From: Candidatus Eiseniibacteriota bacterium | GTDB lineage: Bacteria; Eisenbacteria; RBG-16-71-46; CAZAMP01 | Length of the DNA stretch: 64,000 bases | Assembly: GCA_965224245.1 (NCBI GenBank) | Contig: OZ245046.1 | Span: forward strand, 4,312,382 to 4,376,381 | Direction: 5' to 3' | Part shown: positions 56,216 to 64,000 of the stretch, piece by piece | Numbering within the stretch: position 1 is the first letter of the stretch | How the letters are laid out: every line of letters starts with the position of its first letter | Translations under genes and position numbers: made by a program | The notes under the pieces: model-generated | Told to the model about the DNA's origin: nothing | Database searches by the model: none | Seen by the model: only the letters and a program-made list of their open reading frames with translations

Positions 56216-59080
56216 CGATCGGGGCGCCGGCCGGGTCGAACGGTCGATCGATCCGGCGCGACGCCGCCACCACACCGCGGTCACCCCGAGACCGATCCCC
56301 AGCCCGATCAGGGCGCGGCCGGGCCAGGAGTGGCGACGCTCGAGGGCGATGGTGGCTCGACCGTCCCCCATGACCGTGAAGCCGGCCCAGTAAAAGGGAT
56401 GTGTCGTCTCGGGATCCTCTCTCATCCGACGCTGCGCCGTCCCGAGCGCGCCCGCCACCGAGCGTCCGCGCTCGAGGGCTCGATAGAAGACGTCCATGAA
56501 GCGCGCGGTCTGTGCGTCGTCGACGGGCCAGAGCGTCGAGACCACGCACCGCGTGCCGGCCACGAGGAATGCCGTACCGAGCCCCAGCATGCCCTCTCCG
56601 GAGACGATTCGCCCACCCGCGCTCTCGCATCCGGAGAGCACCGCCAGGCGCGCATCGAGATCCAGCGACACGATCGCCTCGGCCCGCAGCATCGAGTCCG
56701 CCTCGGCACTGCCGGCACCGCCGGGTCCGCTGACGTCGGCCGAGTCGGCCGATCCCGAGCCCCCGGCGCCGAGGGCGATTCCCGATCGCCAGGGCCGCTC
56801 GTCGTCCACGGTGATGTGTCCCGCGAGGTGGACGACGTCGTAGCCGACCAGGTCGGCGCCGCGGAGCGATCCCGCCTCGTCGTCCCTCCACAGATGCACG
56901 TGACGATAGCGTCCGGCGAGCTGCCGGACTTCGCCCCGCGCGCCGGCCAGATCCCCTCCGACCGACGGGCCGGCGGCCGCATAGGCGAGCGTGGACGGCG
57001 CCCCGGCTGCCGTCGAAGGCGCAACGTCGCGAAGAAGCGCGAGCACGGCACAAGACGGCACGCGCAGAACCGTCGCGTCGACGTCGCCGGCCAGCAGCGG
57101 GCGCAGCGGAATCCGATGGAGCGCGCCGTCGGGAACGTAGACGATACCGCTCGCGGCGGCGATGAGATCGGACACGCCCGCGAGCAGCGCGCTGGCCAGC
57201 GTGGCCGTGGTACGGGCCAGGAGCTCGAGGTCGGCGTCGCCCGATGCGCTCGACGGGGGCGCGGCGAGGAGACCCCGGCAGATCCCGACGTTGCGGGCGA
57301 GCCTCGTCTCGGTCATTCCCACGCGAACCACCCGACAGGAGTCCGTCGTCACCGCGAACACCAGTGTCTGATCGGATGCCGCGTGAATGTCGAGTAGTAG
57401 CTCTCCGGGCACGAGCACCCGGGTCTGGATCGCCGAGAGCGTCAACGCGTCCGTCGGCGCCCGTGCTCCCGCATCCTCGCCCAGCATGCGCTCGATCAGC
57501 GCGCGCGATCGAAAGCGCTGCAAGAACGCGAACGCGCGCTCTCGCCGCGCGGCCACCGGCAGCTGGGCGGGATGCTCGAGCAGCAGATCGGCGAGCGCGC
57601 CGTGAATCGCCGACCCGAGCTCCGCGCGCTGCTCCCGCCACATCGGATCGTCGGGCCGACTCCGCATGGCCTCCCAGGAGTCCGCGGCCTGTCGCAGATA
57701 CACGTATGCGCTGTCGGGGTACCCGAGCCCTCGATGGGCCGCCGCCGCGATGCGGCGAATGTGGAGGTCGACCTTCACCGGCAGCGGCTCGTCGTCGGCC
57801 TCGGCCGCGATCGCCCGCGCCAACGGAAGCACCTCGGCGTAGCGGCCGGCGTGGAGCAGGAGCTGTGCGAGCTCGCCCTCGATCACGACCCGCTTCTCGC
57901 GCCCGAGCCGGGGGACGATCTGGGGGAGGTGTTCCTCCATCAGGGTGACGGCGGCGGCCAGCGAGTCGGCGTCGTCGAGCGTGCGCGCGAGCCCCTTCAG
58001 GGCATCGGCCTCGAGGGCGGGCAGGTCGGTCTCCTGAAGCAGGTGAAGGGCGGCCCTGTAGTGCCCGACCGCCTCACCGGATCGGAGCCGGTCCCGCGCG
58101 ATCTCCCCGAGCGCGATGCGCGCGGAGGCCTCGTGATCGCGAAACCCGAACTCCCGGGCGATCGCGAGCTGCTCGTTCAACAGGCGCTCGGCGTCCTCGT
58201 ACCGGCCCAGCTCTCGAAACGCCAGCGCCGCGTTGGAGGCCGGCGCGATGGCGGCGCGCAGCCGGTTCTGCGCGCGCAGAACCGCGTACGCCTCGTCCCA
58301 GTGGACGGCGGCGCGATCGGGGCGGCCGGCGTTCGCCTCGAGGAGCCCCAGGTTGGTCAGGCAGTTCCCCTCGAGCGACGCCTGATCGTGCTCGCGCGCG
58401 TAGCGAAGCGCGTCCGTCCAGCTCCGTCGCGCCGCGTCGACGTCTCCCGCGCGGTGCTGGCAGATCCCGAGAAACAGCTTCGCCCCGTTCTCGTCGAGGG
58501 CGAGGTCGAGCCGCTGGAAGAGGGCGATCGCGCGCTCCAGCCGACGGGCCGCGCTCTCGAGCTGCCCGGCGCCGATCTCGCGACGACCGAGGTACAGATC
58601 CCCGCGCCCCACGAACTCGTCGAGGCCGGCGCGCTCGGCCAGCTCGATCACCCGCTCGTACATCGCGATCGCGCGTGGCGGCCGCCCCTGGGCATCGGCG
58701 GCCTGGGCCTGGCGGAAGAGGCTCCGGCACCACAGGAGCGTGTCGGCCACCTGCGCCGAGAGCGAGGCCGCCTCGGCCAGTGCCGACTCCGCCTCGGCCG
58801 GGCGGTTCATGAACCGGAGCACGCGTCCGATCCGGAACGCGGCGCGTGCCTCGTCACCGGCGGCTCCGGCCCGGTGACGCTCGTCTCGCAGGGCGCCGAG
58901 GACGACCAGCGCCGAGTCGAGACGGCCTTCGGCCCGCAGCGAGTCGGCGTGGGAGAACGCGGCATCCACGTCGGCCGCGCCCGCCGGTCCGGTCGTCTCG
59001 GCGGTGGCGAAGGGCGCACGCCCGTGCGCCCAGAGGATCGCCGTGAGGCACAGCAGTGCCGTCGTCAGAGAGGCCCGCAC
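56210..59080 (-). CDS. TPR-CHAT (caspase-like clan CD) protease with N-terminal signal peptide and C-terminal TM anchor
   Basis: TPR repeats; VPDGALHRIP, VVHLAGH (His), LAVLSGCES (Cys), GEGMLGL..AFL.AG, STLWPVDD and HPFYWAGF; C-terminal TM followed by WWRRR. Start is GTG 59080 or ATG 59209. Confidence 0.93.
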   Translation of the reverse strand: MRASLTTALLCLTAILWAHGRAPFATAETTGPAGAADVDAAFSHADSLRAEGRLDSALVVLGALRDERHRAGAAGDEARAAFRIGRVLRFMNRPAEAESALAEAASLSAQVADTLLWCRSLFRQAQAADAQGRPPRAIAMYERVIELAERAGLDEFVGRGDLYLGRREIGAGQLESAARRLERAIALFQRLDLALDENGAKLFLGICQHRAGDVDAARRSWTDALRYAREHDQASLEGNCLTNLGLLEANAGRPDRAAVHWDEAYAVLRAQNRLRAAIAPASNAALAFRELGRYEDAERLLNEQLAIAREFGFRDHEASARIALGEIARDRLRSGEAVGHYRAALHLLQETDLPALEADALKGLARTLDDADSLAAAVTLMEEHLPQIVPRLGREKRVVIEGELAQLLLHAGRYAEVLPLARAIAAEADDEPLPVKVDLHIRRIAAAAHRGLGYPDSAYVYLRQAADSWEAMRSRPDDPMWREQRAELGSAIHGALADLLLEHPAQLPVAARRERAFAFLQRFRSRALIERMLGEDAGARAPTDALTLSAIQTRVLVPGELLLDIHAASDQTLVFAVTTDSCRVVRVGMTETRLARNVGICRGLLAAPPSSASGDADLELLARTTATLASALLAGVSDLIAAASGIVYVPDGALHRIPLRPLLAGDVDATVLRVPSCAVLALLRDVAPSTAAGAPSTLAYAAAGPSVGGDLAGARGEVRQLAGRYRHVHLWRDDEAGSLRGADLVGYDVVHLAGHITVDDERPWRSGIALGAGGSGSADSADVSGPGGAGSAEADSMLRAEAIVSLDLDARLAVLSGCESAGGRIVSGEGMLGLGTAFLVAGTRCVVSTLWPVDDAQTARFMDVFYRALERGRSVAGALGTAQRRMREDPETTHPFYWAGFTVMGDGRATIALERRHSWPGRALIGLGIGLGVTAVWWRRRAGSIDRSTRPAPRSV

Positions 59081-59298
59081 GCTGCTCTCCCCCGACTCCA
59101 CGCGCTCACGCGCGTGCTCCAAGGCTCGATCGCCACCGGGCGAGCCATTCGTGTGCTCGCCGAACGAGCGCGTGCGGCGAATCGCGAGACCGCGAATCGC
59201 TGGTCGCATTGTACTCCCGCCGGGCGGTGTCCGGAATCAGCCGTCGAACGAAAAGGCAGCGTGATCGGGACCAGTGGGAGAGTCCGAGCGGAGGGATG

Positions 59299-59330
59299 GA
59301 GGCGACCCCCTCACGGGAGCGGGTCGCCTC
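59299..59330 (-). terminator. GC-rich hairpin downstream of the BNR-repeat gene
   Basis: GAGGCGACCC / GGGTCGCCTC 10-bp inverted repeat with additional inner pairing; no U-tract. Confidence 0.45.
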
Positions 59331-59347
59331 TCGACGTGATCAGCGCA

Positions 59348-61696
59348 CTAGCGCAGGATGAACAGCTTGCTGTGGAAACTGCCGAAGCGGGTGTCGAACC
59401 GGATGAAGTATGCCCCGGACGCGAGCAGGCTCCCGTCGTCGGAGCGCGCGTCGAACGCATACTCGTGCCGGCCCGCCTCGAACGCGCCCTCGGCGATCGT
59501 GCGCACGAGCTGACCCTTGACGCTGAACAGCCGCAGCGATCCCTCGGTCGGGCGATCCAGCTCGTAGTGGATCTTGGTGCTCGACTTGTACGGGTTCGGC
59601 GACGCACCCAGCGCCACGAACGGGAACGGGTTGGTCGGCGGCTCCAGCGGCTCGACGGCCACGACGATCCCGCCCTCGACGAGGGTCCGCGTGTGCAGCA
59701 CGAGCGCCGACCCGTCGACCTCGACGGACGCGGTGTGGTCGAGCTCCTGGGCGCCGGTGAACGTGCCCGCGATGCCGTTCAGCGACATCGTGCCCGACAC
59801 GGCGAACACGTAGTCGGAAACGCCGTCGGTCAGCGTCATGTCGCCCGCGATCTCCACCGTGCCCGGGCCGGTGGACGTCAGACCGATGAGCCCGCTCCAG
59901 GAGTCGGTGAACGCGATGCCGCCGAGGGCGGCGTCGGACTCCGCGGTGAAGTCGAAGTCGATGTCCGAGGTGCCGGTGCGGACGATCGCGAACGTCCCCG
60001 TCACCGTGCCCTCGGTGGCGGTCAGCGTGACGGCGCCGCTGATGTCCTCGCCCCCGATCTGGAAGACGCCCGGATCCTCGGCCGGCGTGGCCAGGAATCC
60101 GAGCGCGAGGCCACCCACCGCCAGCTGCGCGTTGGAGTCGACCGCCGGCGGCGGATCCATGCGGATCTCCGCCTCGTTGGGGATGAACCACGCCGTGCCC
60201 GACGCGGCGAATGGGGCCACGGACGCAATGTCGCCCGTCACCGAGAGCGTGTGCACGTCGTCGAAGCGCGAGAAGATGACGTCGGGGTTGCCCTCGCGCG
60301 CGTCGGACCACGCCGCGAACACCGACCGCTCGTCGCTGTCCATGTCGTTGTAGTCGCCGAAGTTCGGAATGGCGTCGGCGGGCACGCCGCACCAGGCCAC
60401 CGACATGTCGGACATGCGCCGGTTCGGGCCGAACGTGACGCCGCCGTCGACCGACTGGGTCACGTAGAAGTCGCAGAGGCTCGTTCCGCCCGCGTCGTTG
60501 CGGCGATCGTACCAGCCCACGGTGACGCGGCCGTCGGGGCCTACCGACAACGTCGGGAAGAACTGCTCGGTGTCGTCGGAGGGTGTGTTGTCGTTGAGCT
60601 GCTTGAACCCCTGGAAGCTCGCACCGTGGTTGTCGGAGTACTTGTAGTAGATGTTGAACTCGCCGCCCGCGCCGTTCACGTAAGACGCGTGCAGGCGCCC
60701 GCGGTTTTGACCGTCGCTGCGATCCACCTCGACCGACGGCCAGCGCAGGTTGCGGTCGCGGTTGAAGCACTGCGGATTCTCGCCCGAGAAGAACCCCATC
60801 GTCGCGATCTGGTTGATCCCGGTCGACCAGCTCGAGCCGCCGTTGGAGGAGTACCGCACGAACGCGGTGCCGCTGGCCGCCGGATCACCCTCGGCCCACG
60901 AGACGTACACCCCGCCGTCGATGCCGACCACGGGATACGGTCCACTCGAGCCGAACCCGTCGACCACGAGCCGCGGGGACGCCCACGCGAGCCCGTCGGT
61001 GTCCGACCACGTGAGCTCGGTGTTTCCGGTGTTGATGTTGTTGTACGCCATGTAGATCCGGTCGATGGTGGGATCGTAGTCGAGATACTCCTTGTCGAGG
61101 AAGGCGGCCCCGTACCGGATCGGTGGATTCCAGGTGAGCACGTCCGAGATGAACTCGCCGCGGTTGACGGCGAGGCCACTGGGATCTCCGAGGCTGTTCA
61201 GGCCGATCGACGCGTAGACCCACGTGCCGGCGTTGGTCTTCACGATCGTCGGGTCGCCGAGGACCCCGATGGTGGCCGTCTCGGGCATGCTGCCGCCATC
61301 GGTCCAGGTCTCGCCGCGGTCGCGGGAGTAGCCGACGCCGCTGTTGCTGCCCACCCCGGCGAACCCCCGCGAATCGTTCCAGCCGATGACGACGTCGTCA
61401 CCGTCGACCCAGATGCCGACCTCGGACTGAACCGAGGCGCCGGGCTCGCCGGTCCGGTCGTTGACCAGCTTGTTGTCCGGAGGTACCGCGCGCCCGGGAG
61501 GCACGGGCTGGGTCTGAGGCGGATCGTAGTCGCCAACCGGCGGCTCGATCGGCTCGGGAAACGCGGAGCGGAACGCCGTCCCGGTCGTGGAGTCGGCGCC
61601 CGGGGCGTCCGACGTGGCTCGCTCGCGTGCTATGAATCCTCCGGCGACGACCAGGATGCTCACCAGAGCGATGGCCGCGGTGCGATGCGCTGTCAT
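59348..61696 (-). CDS. Secreted BNR/Asp-box (sialidase-like propeller) protein with C-terminal FlgD-Ig/T9SS-like domain
   Basis: Asp-boxes YSRDRGETW, YSSNGGSSW, YSDNHGASF and QSVDGGVTF; FGDYN; C-terminal SPNPY...KGQLVRT...LASGAYF; GGAGGT RBS. Confidence 0.9.
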   Translation of the reverse strand: MTAHRTAAIALVSILVVAGGFIARERATSDAPGADSTTGTAFRSAFPEPIEPPVGDYDPPQTQPVPPGRAVPPDNKLVNDRTGEPGASVQSEVGIWVDGDDVVIGWNDSRGFAGVGSNSGVGYSRDRGETWTDGGSMPETATIGVLGDPTIVKTNAGTWVYASIGLNSLGDPSGLAVNRGEFISDVLTWNPPIRYGAAFLDKEYLDYDPTIDRIYMAYNNINTGNTELTWSDTDGLAWASPRLVVDGFGSSGPYPVVGIDGGVYVSWAEGDPAASGTAFVRYSSNGGSSWSTGINQIATMGFFSGENPQCFNRDRNLRWPSVEVDRSDGQNRGRLHASYVNGAGGEFNIYYKYSDNHGASFQGFKQLNDNTPSDDTEQFFPTLSVGPDGRVTVGWYDRRNDAGGTSLCDFYVTQSVDGGVTFGPNRRMSDMSVAWCGVPADAIPNFGDYNDMDSDERSVFAAWSDAREGNPDVIFSRFDDVHTLSVTGDIASVAPFAASGTAWFIPNEAEIRMDPPPAVDSNAQLAVGGLALGFLATPAEDPGVFQIGGEDISGAVTLTATEGTVTGTFAIVRTGTSDIDFDFTAESDAALGGIAFTDSWSGLIGLTSTGPGTVEIAGDMTLTDGVSDYVFAVSGTMSLNGIAGTFTGAQELDHTASVEVDGSALVLHTRTLVEGGIVVAVEPLEPPTNPFPFVALGASPNPYKSSTKIHYELDRPTEGSLRLFSVKGQLVRTIAEGAFEAGRHEYAFDARSDDGSLLASGAYFIRFDTRFGSFHSKLFILR

Positions 61697-61769
61697 GCGA
61701 CACCTCCGTGTGTGGGTGGAGGGAGATGGCCGGAAAGTGAAATTGTAGCGCGTCCCGGCGCTCCGGTGG

Positions 61770-62330
61770 TCACCGGCCGAGAAACTTTCGGTGCAGGATG
61801 TGCGGCTCCTCGTTGCTGAACGGCGGCGGCAGCGGCAGGGCCAGCCCGCGGGCGACCTCGACGAACCCGAAGGCCCAGTGCAGGTCGATCGACGGCCGGT
61901 TTCCCTCGCCGGTGAAGTAGTAGACGACGTCCGTGCGCTCACGGAGCCATTCGAGGCGGCGTGCGGTCAGCGCGCGGCCGATCCCCATGCGCCGGTGGCT
62001 GCGATCGACCTCCACGCCCGTCAGATACCAGCCGTCGGGCACGACGGAGGACCCGCCCGCGTCCTTCCAGGTTTTGTAGGCGCACTTGCCGTACCCCGCG
62101 ATCCGACCGCCGACCACCCCCACGCACGTGAACGCGCGTTCATCGCGGGCGGCGCGCTCCAGCGCGGCCCGGACCAGGGGGGCGAGCTCCGCGGGTGGCC
62201 GGTCCTCCCGCTCGACGTCCACGTGCGCGATCGCGAGCGCGTCGTCGGGAAGGGCGTCACGAACGACGATCGGCGCCGGGCGTCCGTGCCGCTCCGGCTC
62301 GTACGGCGATCGGGTGTTGCGCCTGGGCAT
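61770..62330 (-). CDS. GNAT family N-acetyltransferase
   Basis: V...HRRMGIGRAL acetyl-CoA motif and N.PSI.LH..FGF. Confidence 0.9.
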   Translation of the reverse strand: MPRRNTRSPYEPERHGRPAPIVVRDALPDDALAIAHVDVEREDRPPAELAPLVRAALERAARDERAFTCVGVVGGRIAGYGKCAYKTWKDAGGSSVVPDGWYLTGVEVDRSHRRMGIGRALTARRLEWLRERTDVVYYFTGEGNRPSIDLHWAFGFVEVARGLALPLPPPFSNEEPHILHRKFLGR

Positions 62331-62466
62331 GTCCGGTGTCCCCCGGCGGTCACGCTCGGCGGCGCGGATCCCCGTTGCGAGGCCGCGATCGGCCGATCCG
62401 CTCGCCCGAGCAGAGGGTCGTCACCACCTTAGTGCGGATCGCCGGTGGGGTCCAAGACCTTCGCGG

Positions 62467-63408
62467 CTACGCGGACGCGCGCGACGCCGTGCGGACGCGC
62501 GGGGGCTCGGGGCCCAGCCGATGGCCGGCGAGGAAGGCCGCGCGGACCGGAACGCTGAAGATCGGCTTCAGCCGCGCGCCGAGCTCCGGCCCCGCGTGTT
62601 CGAACCGTCGTCCGAGGGGTCGCAACGCGGCGGCCATGACCGCCCAGGCGAGCGCGGCCACCGCGACGCCGCCGGGGATCCGCTCGATGGGCTTTCGCGC
62701 CTCCGGGCACATCTCGACGAACAGCTTTCGAGCCCGGCCGGCGGCCCACCGCTTGCGGGAGAAGTCCTCGAACCCTTCCTCGGCGAGGTGGTAGCCCACG
62801 GCGTCGGGATCGTAGTAGAGCGTCATCCCGCGCGCTCTCTCCAGCCGGTAGCCGAGCTCGAGATCCTCGTAGAACGTCAGCGTCTCGTCGAGCGGCATGC
62901 CCTCGACGAGCGACGGCCGGAACGAGATGTTGCACGTGTAGAGGAAGTCCGGCGAGATCGGCACGTGCGCCGGCATGTGTGCGTAGCCGAACTGCGGACC
63001 CCAGACGTCGAGCCACGCCCGAAACGCGTTCAACGTGATGTCCGGATGACGCTTGACCTGGCCCAGCACCATCGCCGCGGGGTCGGGGTGCCGCTCGAGG
63101 TGGTCGGCGACGTGACGGGCCACGAGGTCGGGCGCGGGCACGACGTCGTCGTCCAGGAGAAGGATCAGATCACCCTCGACCGATCGGATGCCCACGTTGC
63201 GCGTGTTGCCCTTCCCGCCTCCCGAGAGCTTCATCCGCACCGGCAGTCGATCGCGGAACCGCTCCAGGATCGGCTCGATCGTGGCGACGGTCTCGTCCTC
63301 GACCACGATCACCTCGAACGGGGGCGTCACCTGTGCGCAGAGCCCCTCGAGGCACCGCGTGAGCATGTCGTGCCGGCGATGCGTGGGGATGACGACCGAT
63401 ACGCGCAC
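62467..63408 (-). CDS. Glycosyltransferase family 2
   Basis: VSVVIPTH.R, EVIVVED, RNVGI, LLDDD and YEDLELGYRL motifs. Confidence 0.93.
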   Translation of the reverse strand: MRVSVVIPTHRRHDMLTRCLEGLCAQVTPPFEVIVVEDETVATIEPILERFRDRLPVRMKLSGGGKGNTRNVGIRSVEGDLILLLDDDVVPAPDLVARHVADHLERHPDPAAMVLGQVKRHPDITLNAFRAWLDVWGPQFGYAHMPAHVPISPDFLYTCNISFRPSLVEGMPLDETLTFYEDLELGYRLERARGMTLYYDPDAVGYHLAEEGFEDFSRKRWAAGRARKLFVEMCPEARKPIERIPGGVAVAALAWAVMAAALRPLGRRFEHAGPELGARLKPIFSVPVRAAFLAGHRLGPEPPRVRTASRASA

Positions 63409-63567
63409 GCACGGGCCTCCAGGACCTGGGATGGACGTCGAGAACCGGCGGCCGGCGGCTCACGCGCGCCACCGGGCCGGCAGCCGGCGCCGTCGGTTGC
63501 CCGCCGCCGATCGAGGGACGTACAATCCTACCTCATTTGATTCACCTCGGACAAAAGGCCCGATCTC

Positions 63568-64000
63568 ATGCGTGTCGCGGTTCTCGGAGACATGGACTCG
63601 GTTCATACGCCCCGCTGGTGCGAGGCGCTGATCGCGCGCGGCCTGGACGTGCGCTGCTTCTCCCTGGAGCCGTTCACGATCGGCGCGCCGTACGCGACGT
63701 TCGTCGAGCCGAGGCTCGGACCACAGAAGCTCCGGTACGTGAGCTCGTTCGACCGGGTCGGGCGCGCGGTGAAGGCGTTCGATCCCGACGTGGTCAACCC
63801 CGTTCACTTCCCGAACTACGGGCTCGTGAACTGGCTGATGGGGCACCGCCTCCCGGTGTATCTCGTGGGGTGGGGATCGGACATCCTCCACTCGGCGGAG
63901 AAGACGCCGCTGCACAAGATGATCATGCGGCGCATCATCGCCCGCGCCGAGCGCATCAACGTGGACGCCGAGATCATGCGCACGTACCTGATCGATCGGT
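63568..64000 (+). CDS. Glycosyltransferase family 4 (GT-B), N-terminal part, truncated by window edge
   Basis: Not in the ORF track. Translation MRVAVLGDMDSVHTPRWCEAL..RGLDV...FDPDVV..VH.PNYG...WGSDI; possible TTGCCC-N18-TACAAT promoter at 63497-63526. Confidence 0.85.
   Translation, partial: MRVAVLGDMDSVHTPRWCEALIARGLDVRCFSLEPFTIGAPYATFVEPRLGPQKLRYVSSFDRVGRAVKAFDPDVVNPVHFPNYGLVNWLMGHRLPVYLVGWGSDILHSAEKTPLHKMIMRRIIARAERINVDAEIMRTYLIDR

Noticed and set aside
61744-61775. GTGACCACCGG...GCGCTACAA upstream of the BNR gene, resembling the ECF motif
   Set aside because: Spacing and both blocks differ; TACAAT is better explained as a sigma70 -10 box.
57572-61819. 1415-aa plus-strand ORF and other long antisense or alternate-frame ORFs (e.g. 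27402-30059, 31450-34086, 672-2843, 39778-41880)
   Set aside because: They overlap well-supported genes, have shadow-frame composition (Arg/Pro/Ala-rich or antisense-biased) and show no motifs, as expected in high-GC DNA.

Overview
High-GC bacterial chromosomal window with about 40 credible CDSs and no rRNA, tRNA or CRISPR array detected. Three secreted proteins end in a FlgD-Ig/T9SS-like C-terminal domain and there is a stand-alone dockerin-like protein, which suggests (inference) an FCB-group candidate phylum such as Eisenbacteria, Krumholzibacteriota or Latescibacterota. Ordinary genes include an RND permease, arcA, an M42 peptidase, an HDAC-family enzyme, trpS, flotillin/NfeD, LysE, a tricorn-type protease, a GNAT and two glycosyltransferases. 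The notable elements are: (1) a CRISPR-independent TPR-CHAT protease / ECF sigma / zinc-finger anti-sigma cassette, whose putative promoter GTGTGATTCCGG-N10-GCGCCCAA occurs both in front of the sigma gene and in front of the neighbouring secreted beta-helix gene; (2) an operon of two membrane-anchored GcvH-like proteins lacking the lipoyl lysine, flanking HybA/NrfC-like and HybB/NrfD-like subunits with no catalytic subunit, preceded by a sigma54 promoter and two enhancer palindromes and divergent from a heme-motif histidine kinase, an NtrC-type activator and an archaemetzincin; (3) an Aas-like / Npt-HEAT transporter / tandem cNMP-binding operon; (4) a small decayed mobile island with a DUF222-like HNH gene carrying two compensating frameshifts, an IS110 remnant and several tandem repeats; (5) a BlaI/BlaR1 pair with two operator palindromes over a consensus sigma70 promoter. 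All family assignments come from motif recognition by eye; no searches were run.
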